Shown in pieces: positions 52,134 to 64,000 of a stretch of 64,000 bases of DNA. Positions within the stretch are counted from its first letter, which is position 1, and each line of letters starts with the position of its first letter. A program made the position numbers and the translations under genes. The stretch comes from Paramecium tetraurelia (taxonomy: Eukaryota): positions 186,001-250,000 of the forward strand of contig CT868667.1 in assembly GCA_000165425.1 (NCBI GenBank), read 5' to 3'. The notes below the pieces were generated by a model. It was not told where the DNA came from, searched no databases, and saw only the letters and a program-made list of their open reading frames with translations.

Positions 52134-53819
52134 TCAAATAAACTTTTGGCAGTTTAATGTTTAATAAGAAGTTTGAAGAAATCGAAGATTCTCATAAGGT
52201 ATTGGTTAATCCAAATCAGTTATTGATATATTATCGTCTGATTATTCAATTTTAATCTGATATATGTTTTTTAGTGATGGTTTAAAAGAGGATGATTTCA
52301 AAAGCAGTCCTTTCTTATCTAAGCTTTAACTCTTGTATCTTCTATCCCTTAAGTTTTTAGATGGTTTTTATTAAGACATTTAACTATGGTTTTCAGTGAA
52401 TGAGTTTTAACTATTTTGATAAAATGATTTTAGAGTGTTTTTAGATTGCAAATGGTTAAAGCTTATGCCTACAGAGCCTTCCACAATAGATTGTGTAGAA
52501 GCCATGTTATTTGTTGGGGATAAGATTTAACAAACAGTGAGTTGATTTAAGAGATCTTACAAATTAATTCTATTCTCTGGTTATTTAGACAGCATGGCTT
52601 TTAACAGATACATAGTCTTTTGACTAACATTAGGGAATCTCAATTCTGAAAATTCAATCTGACATTCCTTATTTAACTTAAGCAAGGCATCGTAAGTATT
52701 AGATCTGAATGGAGCCTTACCTGATAACATTGAATAAAATATAACTCCTAAACTAAAAATGTCGCCTACTTCTTGGTAAGGTTATTTCATGAATACTTCT
52801 GGTGCAATGTAACCAGCCGTTCCTTGACCATTGACTAGTCTATCTCTGCATATTTTTTCTGCAAATCCAAAGTCAATTAATTTCAACTAATCTTTATCGA
52901 TAAGTACATTCTCTAATTTAATGTCTCTATGAACGTATCCTAGACTTAATCAATAGGGAAGTTTGAATACTTATGAACTTATTGTAACCCTAGTGCTAAT
53001 TTGAGCAAGATCTGAGTAGATTCTATTTCTGAGAGTCGTTTTCGTTCCTTCAAATACTGGTAGAGGGATCCTCCTTTGATATATTCAGTCACCAATACTA
53101 AAACGATAGAAGTGATTTGGTACTTAGGAGTTCCTCCAGTTGAATGATTTCACATAGTTTAAGCACATACGGAAAATTGATTCTTTTCAGTATATAGCAC
53201 TCACTTCGGATGAAATGATAAAACTTCTTAAGGTCTTTTTTAGATAATAATTCGTTTTTATTATAAACTTTACCAGCATAATTGAAGGGCTGATTCGGTA
53301 GTCTTATATTGGGGGTGAGAGTATACACCTTCGAGAATCCGCCTTTTCCTATGACATCTTGTAATGTGTAGAGTTCATCTAAATTTTGAACAAAACAGAA
53401 TTAACATAAATATTTTAGAAATTGGAAGGTATACTAGCTAAAATTAAGAATGCACTTATAAATTACTAATCGTGATTCCAAATGTAGAGGAAAATGTCTT
53501 TAGTTCTCTTGATTCGAATAACCTTAACAGCATCTGCTTTCTTGTTGGAAATCTTCAGATCGATTAATTTTAAGCTGATGTCCTCATTCAACTAAACATA
53601 TCCCTTCACTTTATTGTTTTTCTTATAAAATAACACTCCTTCTTCACTTAATAAAAATTCATATTCGGTAGGCTTGTTGCTTTTCCAACTAATCCGTTTC
53701 ATTAATTGCTGGTAGGAGATTGTTTATTTGACAAAATTGATGGGTTTCTTATTCCAGAATGTTTTGATCTCATCCTTCTCTGTAAAAATAGGCCAATATT
53801 ATTATTGTTGTTCTGACAT
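52134..53819 (-). CDS. CAMK-like Ser/Thr kinase with N-terminal PH-like region
   Basis: GKGGFSKV, HRDIKLEN, DFGFA, GTAGYIAPE; 3 introns. Confidence 0.9.
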
Positions 53820-53867
53820 TAAGATAATTTTATAAATAAATCATACTTTGATAAATATATTTCAAAT

Positions 53868-55229
53868 TCATATTCTACCTAATCCATAATATAAAAACCC
53901 AAGAGACTTCATCACCTCCCCCTGTAACAAATTCCTGCCATCAAAACAATAGGAAGGTTTGGCCATTTCCTCATAGGCCTGAGCGTAATCTATTTTTGTA
54001 AACCTATCATAAGATATTCTCATTTTTACTCTTCCCATTCAGTCAATATCACTATAGCAGATGCCCCTTTGAAAATGCCATCTAAACTCTAACATTGCTC
54101 CAACTTGTCTATTTTACCTTGGGGATCATAGATCCTTAGTATGGCCTGTTCTTCTTATAACTTTTGGATGATCATCAAAGAAGCACTCTCTCTTGTATCG
54201 TTGGTATTGGCCTTAAATGCTACTCCCAAAATAACAATAATCTTATTTCTCAGAGTGTTGAACATTGAAGTAATGATTAAGTTATAAAATCTCTGCTTTT
54301 GAAACTCATTTAGTAAATAAACTTATCTCCAATATTGTGCCACCTCATCCAACTAGAGTGACTCACATAAGTAAATTAAACAAAGCAGATCCTTTTTTAA
54401 ACATGATCCCCCAAATCCCACCGAAGTCTTCAAAAATTTATTACCAATTCTACTATCGCTCCCTACGCACTAGGAAACTAATAAATTAAGAGAGTCTGAT
54501 CAAATTACTTTCATTAACATCTGCACCAATTTTATCGCAAATTATCGATATACTATTAATTGAAGAAACTCTTTGAGCAAGGAAAGAATTTGCAACAATT
54601 TTGCTTAACTCAGCCGAGTATATGTTGGTGAATATGATTTTCTCTTTTGGTACCCACTACTCATACAAGGATGCCAACTACTAAGCGGATTCTATGGCCC
54701 CACCAATTATCACTCTATCTGGATTAAGAAGATCTTGTATAGCAGTGCCTTCAGCTAGGAATTCTGGATTTGATAGAACACAAATATTCTTATCTCTTAA
54801 AACAGCATTTATATAATCGCAGGTTTTAATCGGAACAGTTGATTTTTCAACCAATATTAGCCTTTTGGTTAAAGGATATTTTTTGATCTGTTGGAGACAG
54901 CTATCTATGTATGATATATCCAATGAAGATTCTGCTCCAAGTCCATACTTTTTACTTGGAGTATTGACAGCTAGAAAGGCGATGTCACAATCCTTTAAAG
55001 CTATATCAATGTCGCATGTGAATATTAAATTGGTATTCAATGTTTAATTTATATATTCGTCTAAATTTTTCTCGTATACTGGATATTGCTTGTTATTCCA
55101 TTTTTCAATTTACTATTCATTAATGTCGTAAACAACGAATGTCTGTTTTGGACATTTGGAGGCCATCACAGCCATTGTTGGTCCTCCCACATAACCTGCT
55201 CCAAAACAACAGACTTTATTTATTTACAT
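53868..55229 (-). CDS. UGDH: UDP-glucose 6-dehydrogenase
   Basis: [61 protein letters not shown]. Confidence 0.97.
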
Positions 55230-55276
55230 ATTTTTGAAATGTATATTTACTATAAATAAAAATGCATAAAATAGAT

Positions 55277-56761
55277 TCAATTATGTTTACGAATTGTTTT
55301 AAATTTAATTTATATTTAAATAGGATTATACATTAAAAATCCATTTTAGCTTAAACCTCCAAATATAAACAATTTATCTTCATTATAAACACTGCAATGC
55401 TCATATCTAAATGGGTATTCCAAATACCCCTACAATTACACTTTCTACCAAGTGTAATTCTTTAAAAATAACAAATGCAAATCTCCAAAACATTCCATTT
55501 CATTGGTCCCACCAAACAATAACAAGGCACTTATCTTCTCATCATAATTCATGCTATGAGATCTCCTCCCAAGAGGCCTCTAACCAATAGTCTCCACAAC
55601 CTACAATACCGATGGGTACGTATCAATAATTAAATGATACAACTCACAATAAAGATTGTCCTCACTATCCTTCCCTCCAAAAATGTAGATGCCTTCCCTG
55701 GTAAACAATTAATCCACCTACTCCTCCTTTTTGGCATTCGAAGTGAAATCATAATTCATTCTCAAATAAGGATTCCCTACTAAAATTGCACTATGATAAG
55801 CTATCCCCAATTTAAAAGGATGATCATTTTGAATAACCTGTTTCTAATAAAACTTTGGATAAAATTGAGTACAATTCATGTTAGTCAAATTTATCAACTA
55901 AAAGTCACTATAAAATTTTGTATTTAATTCGCTATCATCTAATCCACCAATTATAACTAAATGATTGTGACTATAGCATCCACTGTGATTTCTACGACAC
56001 CCAATTTAAGTTGGATATTATTGCCATTCTAGTCGATCATCTTCTAAGCATATACGAGTGACCATATTAGTGGTCTTTCTGCTATTTGTATTTTTCTCTC
56101 CCCCAAAAGCATATATTGTTTTGTTTTCATCAATATTCAAACTAAAATAGCACCCTAATCTCAAATTTGGGTTTAAAACCTATCTCAATTTCAATTATTC
56201 TATCTAAGATTAACAAAACTCTTGTTTCCTCTTCCATTAACCATTCAGTAATGAAATTGTATGAATTTCAATATTTTCTCTGTGAGAATGTCCTCCAAAT
56301 ACTAATCCAAAATGATCATATTTAACTGCTCGACTGCCTTATCTCGATACTGGAATAGTATATTATTATTCGTTTTAGACAGGAAGTATCACTTATCCCT
56401 TGATTATTGTATTATCTGTGTTGGACAAAACATGTTTAATGCAATCATAAGCTATCGTGTCTTAAATTTTTTACTGTAACGTAAAATGATTGGTTATCAT
56501 CCTTTACTTGATATTTAATGCCCTGTATGGTTCCTTAAGAATTTTCAACGACAATTGTTCATATTTGGTTTTCTGCTGCAATTACATTGAGGTTGTATAA
56601 TTAGTCATACGTAATTTGTTCTATGTCAATGAAGGCAACTCAGAATTTAATGTTTTTCTTTTTTGTAAATTGTCCATTGAAACATCCATACGAGTTTTCA
56701 AGATATTAATTGGATCTCTGTTTTATAATGAATATATTCTTCTTCTTTCTTTTTAATTCAT
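55277..56761 (-). CDS. Kelch-repeat protein
   Basis: Repeated R..H...FGG motifs (LVFGGHSH, YAFGGE, IIGGLD, YIFGGK, LFGGTN, FIFGGL). Confidence 0.85.
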
Positions 56762-57072
56762 TCTCGAAATTTTATATTATTATTTATATAATATATCATA
56801 TTATAATTGATTTTAACCAGGAAATTAAAAACATTCAAATACAATATTTGATTACTAATGACCGTAATTACTATTATAGTGTTCATAGATGATGAAGCTT
56901 CCATTTTGAGGAAGTTGCATCCGAAAATAGAAAATTCTCGATTCCATTTTTGATAGAATCACTGTCCTTCAGAAAATGGGCTTTTTAAGAGGGATTCAGA
57001 AGAAATCATAAAAGTATATATCATTATAGACTTTATTAATAATAAAGAACTATTTATTTACATTTAATTGGA

Positions 57073-60000
57073 TCATTTTGTTTATTGATGTTTTCTTTTG
57101 CCAGTCGTCATAACCTTACAATAAATAAGTACTATTACCTTTCTTGCACTTTCGCTGTTGTCGATTCTGACATATTTTAGATAATTGTTTAGTTTTTATT
57201 GAGTAGAAGTATCAAGCTTTTGTTTAATTAATCCAATTATTTCGGGATGTCTACAATATTAGAATGATAAATCTTACTAATATTTGAAACCCAATATGGT
57301 GTTCCTGAAAACTGTGAATTCATCATAGTTTTATAATTCACTTTTGAATTATTCAATTTGTTATTTAGCCTATAGTCTTTCCTCCTCTTCCAGAATGTCG
57401 TCGTTGTCATCGTCGTCCATCATATCATCACTACATAATTGATAAATAGTGTTTACTCAAAATCTGTTTTTTCTGGTTTCTCTTCATTCTCCTAGCTTTC
57501 CAAATTCTGAATTATTATTTAAATCAAGTCGGTAGTCAATAATTGAGGTTCTTATTAGATTAATTTACAAATGGTGAGGATGAATAATTTAATATCATAG
57601 CCTGGGTGATATTGGGTGTTCAATACCTTGTGATACACATTTTGAAAATGTTCACCCAATATTTGGCACGATTGTTAGGGAATATAGTAAAAGGCAACCA
57701 AAAAAATGGCTGTAATTCTAGAACGAATAATCCCAGTGACATTCTCTTTTGCAATTAATTAAAGCACTTATTGGAACACATAAGCCAATAAGGGTTGACT
57801 GATATCAATATTTAACACTTAAATTCCCAACTGGATTAGAAGTGCTCCTTCTGCCAGATCAATGTCTTCGAAGGCTTCCTCTTGCATCAGGGTTTGGAGA
57901 GATAAATTGAAGTAAATGTGTTGTGCCTGTTCTTGTAAGAAATAATTCCTTCCGTAATACATGTACATGTTTAGAGTTTCATACAATTAGAGTAGTCTAT
58001 TAGATTGTCTAGTTATAATGTTAGAGAAGCAAGGCAAGATTTCCCTCTGAAATGGGGATACCTACTGTAGTTTTTAGATGACAGAGGAGATGAACAGCAC
58101 CAATTCTTCATCAAAATTCATTCTGCTTTCATGGATTACGAGTGATTGATAGATGGGTTACATGGCTTATTCAATTTTGAGAAGGAGAGGTGAGAACTCA
58201 TTGATTGTTGGCAACTACCTAATAACATTCCAGCATCTAGTAAAATGAATATATCTATTTGAGTCACTGTTGGTCTTGATCAAGTTCTCCTCTTGTATTA
58301 TTCTTTAGACCAATATTTACACTAGACTAATGATGTAATTTTCGTTTTAAACAAACATCAAAGGGAACTTCTTGAGTAGATTTCCAATCATCTCAAAGTG
58401 TTTTTCATAAGTGCTGAATGCCAAACCAGAAATCAAGGCTGGGAAGACATTGGCCACTAAACCACCAGTTTTATGTTTCAACTCATCATCTTCAAATACA
58501 TCTTTTAAAGCATCAATTGACTGATATAATACAACAGGCTCTTGTGGTTTGGCATATGATATCAATAATTAGATATAATTTAACATAATTTAAAATTGGG
58601 TTTCAACTTTAAACAAATTATCCAAATAGTAACCGAAAAACAAAGCAAATCTAACCTTTATTATTTGCTCAGTAGTATTAGTAAAAAATTGTAAATTCTA
58701 TTATAATAATGATTCCATCAATTAAATGATATCCTATCTTTTTTATACCAAATAGCTAATAATTGTCAAGATCATCAAACTGCTTTCAATTCTATCCACA
58801 GCATTAAATTCCTAGAATAACTTCTTATTGGATATCTTTTATAAGTCTGCCAATATGATTTGCTGTTGTTGATTATTTAATTGAGATTGAGACAACTCTA
58901 GAATGGCAGAGGATATAAGAACTATTGCCATTTAAGCCAAGAAGGATGTTGACCCATCTATATGATCACATAAGGTTTCCAGCAAAGTTGTTGCTGCTGT
59001 CTTTGGTAAATCTGACTCCTGTTTGTCAACAACATCCAATGCAATATTAACGAACTCTTCAGGCTACTCTTTCATTATTTCATATTCACTCTTGGTAGTT
59101 ATCAGAAAGGGGTAGATGATATCAGCGATCAAAGCATTCTTGGAATCTTGGAACTAAGGATACAATTCAGCTTATCCACCTAAATGTGCCAGCAATCTCA
59201 GCATACTACTCAAGATACTAGGCAGAAATTGTTTCCTAATTATAGTTGAGAAATTACTATAATATATCTGAGATTCTCGCTTGTCTGGTGTATGCAAAGA
59301 TGGAGTACAGCAATAACTAAGTCAAATTGGATTGCTAATTATAAAATACACTATTCTTCTAGTCGTTCTTACTTTTGCTTAATAAGGAGTTGATTAATAT
59401 TTGGAGACATTTCAATCCATACATTTTCACTTCATTTATTCTGTTGTCAAATTATTCATTGTTCGTGCAAGAAATTATACAACTTTGGAGAAGATTATTT
59501 TGAGGGGAGTATTTAAAAATAGCAAATAACGTTATTTGAAAGGATGTTAATTTGAACATCAAATTTTAGAGTGGGATCAAGGACTCTTTGTTGTGAGTCT
59601 TCTGTTTGAATAATTTCTCACAGTACTCCAAAACAATCTAGGCGTAATATCTAATTGTGATTATGTATTCTTCAGACAAGTCTCCTGATTGTTCATCCAA
59701 TCTCTTGAATATTGGATATATCAAATCAAAGAAATCTCGGATCCAATCCAATCCCTAATTTATCACTAGATTGTATGATGACAATTCCAAAGAGTCAACC
59801 AATATTTTGAAGAAAAACAACCCTGATTGTATTTCCCACAATTAATCACTCTTCACCAATTACCTCATCTTGTTCTCTATGTCTGGTTTGATTGCTAATC
59901 ATTTATTTTCACGAATGCCTTACTTTTTTTTATTTTAATCAATAAACTCATAGATTTCTACAGCAATTGCTTGCACTTCAATGAAGTCTATTGAGAGGTT

Positions 60001-60311
60001 ATCACATCAAAAACCAATAGTGCATGTTCCAATTATATTTCAACTAAATTTATTAGTGCGAAATATCATACCCTGACTCGATAGCATCTTTAATACTGCA
60101 GAATTCAACAAACTGGCTGCCTAACTTTGCACTTTAATATTTAACTTATTGTTTTACTGCTATCCTAACTCTTAGCAATCTGAGCAATCGATTAGAAATT
60201 TTAGATATTCTCCATCACCACACTCATCAACTAAATTTCAGCATTTTGTCGTTTTGCATTTTCTGTGCTTGTGTATGCTAATACTAGCAACTTATATAGT
60301 TCTTGAGCCAT
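57073..60311 (-). CDS. Importin-beta family karyopherin (importin-7/8-like)
   Basis: N-terminal RQNAEIQL IBN_N motif; PEEFVNIALDVVDKQESDLPKTAATTLLETL; acidic DDDDNDD loop; HEAT-like helices. Confidence 0.85.
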
Positions 60312-60639
60312 TCCCAATAATTTAAATAATTTAAATAATCTAATAATTCCTAATTATGAAGACAATTATATTATTAAAATAATTTGTATTAGTGATTCCC
60401 TAAATTATATCTTGCCATAACCCAGAAAAGGTGGGGACTCCCTATAATAACTATATGGATGTAAGGAAAAACAACTATTATCCCATTATACTGTTAATAA
60501 ATAAAGATGTTTTTGACCTCATCAAATAATAGAATTATATTACATTCAAATGAAGAAATCGATAAGAAAATGGTAAATTATAAAAAGATAAACTCATAAA
60601 TAAATCAAACTTATTTAATTTATTTATTTAAATACGATA

Positions 60640-61808
60640 TTTGAATGGGCTACATAAACAAATTTCTGTAGGTTTCTGAGTATCTGAAACTATAGAGTAG
60701 ATGGATGGTCCATCCACAACCAATAGTAATTAAATAATTGGCCAATATGAATTTTAAGTAAATGCCAACTTAACTCCAAATTGACTGATACTATTAAGAA
60801 TCATCGTAGTTATTTTCATTTAGAAGTTACCCTCAATTTAAATCGATGGCAATAATACTCTAAAGATAAATGTAATATTGAACTATATCCACCAACACAC
60901 ATTTGAGAAGAATATGGCAATATAACTGTGTGGACTACCTAACTCAAATTTATCAATTAAAAAATAATAATAATGTGGTAATCGCAAAAAATGTTGAAAT
61001 CAATTTCATTTATAAATGTCTCCATAATATCTTGTAGGTTTTGTTGATATTGAATTGGATTAATTTCAATCTAAAAGTTGTATCTAACGTTGATAATGCA
61101 GTTCTAATCTCACTTTGTATATTTACATTTCAAAGAATATTAATAATGAATATGTGATCATGTTTCATTTAAAAGAAGGATCTTATTTTAAATCCTAAAA
61201 GGTGGTTGCGCTTTTTTGTTATCTACCTACTCAAACAGATTTAGATGTAAGATGATAGTCAATATTAAGCCTAGTATTGACAAAATCAAAAAGGAAGTTT
61301 CAAGTGAACGGTGCTGAGATGAATGCAGGGCTATAAATAGGAAACTTCCAAGAAGCGAATTTCCAATAGTAAAACCAATATTCTATATTAATGCAGCAGC
61401 ACTTTCTCCATATAATTTGCACAAATCAGTTGCCAATCCATCAATTGCTATATCTTGTATTCCTAAAAACTAACATAAAATGAATCCAAAATCCATAAAA
61501 TATGATAATTTGTTAAAGCGTCAATTTTGGACAGATACAGAAGTATTACTGAAAAAAAAGATTTATTGGTAAAATATAGCTACGCTTAATAAATTAAAAA
61601 TTATTACCTTTTCCTTTTCCCCAGGAAAAAGTAAAAAATAATTATTGGTGCAAACAATTACTTAAAATAAACGGATAGCTGATCAATCAATACATACCTT
61701 ATTATTCAAATTTATATTCCCTTTCAGCTAATAAAATTAGGATGATGATTGTAATATTGATAATATGGTACTTTAATATATATAAAGCAATATTAATAAA
61801 TAATTCAT
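60640..61808 (-). pseudogene. Decayed acetyl-CoA transporter (SLC33A1/AT-1, MFS) gene
   Basis: FLGIQDIAIDGLA and SYPFI/KQLFAPII motifs split by frameshifts and in-frame TGA (61687-61689, ~61165); 3' end approximate. Confidence 0.7.
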
Positions 61809-61815
61809 TTTATTA

Positions 61816-63198
61816 TCAATTACTCGATAACTCATCATATATACTCAATAATATTGGATAAGCAAAAGGCAAAATCAAAGGTAAATACATTCCCAAACTA
61901 ATTATGTTAATCAATGACTTTACGTGTATTCAAAAGAAAAAGTATCAAGATCAGAAAAGGAATCATCAATCAAAATATTTACTGAATCTGTTCTATTTAC
62001 ATTCTTGCTCTATAATGTATCCTTAATGTATTTAAGCCTGTGTTCAAATTCTTTTTGACTCTTCAGACTAATTTTGTATTCCCCTTCCGATTAGATAAAT
62101 TAGATATATTATAGTTCTTTTATGAAATTTAAAATATGCCTTGAAAATTCTCTCCTTTAGAAATAATCTCTAATTAATTCCAATGATGGTTTAAAATCTT
62201 GATTCTCAATCATAATTTCTTACTGTTCTTCCAATTATAAAACTTATATAAATGCATTGAATATATTTTTGAACAATGTTGATTGTTAATTTACCTAAAT
62301 CATAAAATTTGAAGGTTCTGAATAGAAAAATTATACATTCTCACTGCTATCTATATCTATATTAACATCTTCATCTGTTAATATGGTAAGAATATTCATT
62401 TGGAAGTACTCCTTCCAATTCATATTATTTTGTTATTTTGATTGATCCAAAAAGTTATTAATTGTTTATTTCTACAAGTTAATTTTCTTTTAAATAATTT
62501 AAAAGTCGAAGGAGTCTAAGAACTTATAGTTTATTCTTATATTTTCTGGTGATAATCCAAAGTATTTCTATAATTTAAGTACACTCATTTCAATATCACT
62601 AGTCACATCAATGCACAGGCTATCATTCTATTTTTCTAGAAATTAGTAATAATGTTGATTACCTATAATATAGAAATCAAAAATCAAAAGTCTATTGGTA
62701 TAAAACTATCTACTTTCTAATTGCAATTCTTTTTCGACAAGAGGGTAAAACTTATTTAAATATCTTCTTAAATTTTTAAATATGGAAGGGTCGTTTAAAT
62801 CTTATGTCACGATGGAAATTTTATCCAATTTTTGAATAAATAAAAATGTATATTAAGCTTTCTGTATATTTATAAGCAATCTAATAGTATGATATTAGAT
62901 ACCCATTCTTATCTTGATTTTAATGAATATCCTTGACAATATTAAATTCAATTTCAAATTCAGAATACTTCTAATGAATTGTTTCATTAAATTTATTCAT
63001 CTCTTCCTATGTAAAAATGTTCAGAACATTGAAGGTGATTTGTGGTTTGATTGCATTTTGTAATGCTGAGATGAGATCAGGCAACTCACTAACATTATAC
63101 CCTCCGTGTTTCTTAGATTGTATTGTTAAATGCCAGACACCATACATAATGAATAAGAATGCAATATAGCTGTACAAACTAATATGCCTATTTTTCAT
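61816..63198 (-). CDS. PIGS: GPI transamidase subunit PIG-S/Gpi17-like
   Basis: N-terminal TM ending GVWHLT, lumenal domain, C-terminal FEYTLGMYLPLILPFAYPILL; 3 introns. Confidence 0.72.
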
Positions 63199-64000
63199 TA
63201 AATTTATATATAATATATATAATTTCTAATTTCATTCCAGGATGCCAAATTAAAGAGCGTGTCTCTATTTTGAATAAAAATGAATCTTTGATGAGCATAT
63301 AATTATTAGTATAATAAGGATTATTTTTAGAAAGACTATCATGAAATAAATATTGTTTTATTTTATTATCTTACTAATAAAAGCAATCATTAATTATTTG
63401 AGATATTAGATGACCCATTTAATCTAAAGAGGGCCTTTATTCTAAAATAAGTTCACCAAACAATCTAATCTCAAATCTTAAGATAAAAAAAGAAATAATT
63501 AAATTTATAAGTACTGCTTTGAAAGTATAGAAAACACTATCAACTTCTAAGAGCTAAATTTCATTTGAGTGAACTGCTTTTCATAATAAGTATGATTTTT
63601 TCACTAATACTAATTCAATTGATATAAGAAATCAAAATTTTAAAGAATTGCAAATTCAATTAAAGAAAATCTATGTTTTTGAGAGGCCATATTATGGTTT
63701 AGCTTGTCTATATTGAATTATCGAAATACATTTTAATCATTGGATCATCATAGAAGGATCAGATATTTTAAATTATCTCCTAAATAAAAAATGAGTTGCA
63801 AAATCCAATTTCATATATCTAAATTAATATTTTGATACAGAAATTGTAATTAATATCATAATGAAACATTAATTAACGTTTGAAAATGTTTATTATTTAA
63901 ATATATCTAACATCATAATTAACTCCATATCATAGATTTCAAAGAATATAATAGAGCTACACTTTTAAGGAGAAATATGTTACATTCTGATCTGAATGAT

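Larger units (their letters stand above)
1..64000. other. Ciliate nuclear genetic code (table 6) and ultra-short spliceosomal introns
   Basis: TAA/TAG at conserved Gln positions (RPS13, UGDH); all genes end in TGA; 20-30 nt GT(A)...AG introns. Confidence 0.97.

Noticed and set aside
56858..57060. Moderately GC-rich spacer with ATGATGA (possible C-box) or a tiny ORF
   Set aside because: No convincing D box or terminal stem, and no coherent ATG-to-TGA gene model
1..64000. Most short ORFs in the supplied track, e.g. 175-363, 6845-7048, 23560-23790, 31307-31507, 36430-36765, 42455-42655, 54865-55047
   Set aside because: They are antisense or off-frame shadows of real code-6 genes and artefacts of the standard genetic code
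1..64000. Apparent mass pseudogenisation (in-frame TAA/TAG everywhere)
   Set aside because: TAA/TAG fall at Gln positions of conserved proteins; this is ciliate code 6
63240..64000. Possible + strand membrane-protein gene starting ~63341
   Set aside because: The frame is interrupted by TGA, with no clear introns or motifs; cannot be supported within the window

Overview
Gene-dense, very AT-rich ciliate macronuclear DNA, almost certainly Paramecium. The evidence is TAA/TAG read as Gln with TGA as the only stop, 20-30 nt GT..AG introns, intergenic spacers often under 60 nt, and three trichocyst-matrix-protein genes. The supplied ORF track uses the standard code and fragments nearly every gene, so I retranslated by hand with code 6; exon boundaries are manual and approximate. 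About 36 protein-coding loci were reconstructed, including kinases, PTEN, RPS13, a RING E3 ligase, a CNBD K+ channel, UGDH, an importin, PIG-S, dephospho-CoA kinase and a GST. Most notable: (1) an apparently intronless ~1385-aa NLR-like protein (CHAT caspase-like protease with intact His/Cys dyad + STAND/NB-ARC NTPase + TPR), a candidate ciliate innate-immune or cell-death receptor; (2) a probable GEX1/KAR5/Brambleberry nuclear-fusion protein; (3) a +1 frameshift at a TAG-TGA in the 5' end of a complex III subunit gene; (4) a highly divergent alpha-like tubulin; (5) two tandem pairs of uncharacterised Cys-rich paralogs; (6) a pseudo-deubiquitinase and a decayed acetyl-CoA-transporter pseudogene. 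I recognised no rRNA, tRNA, CRISPR, telomere or transposon sequence.
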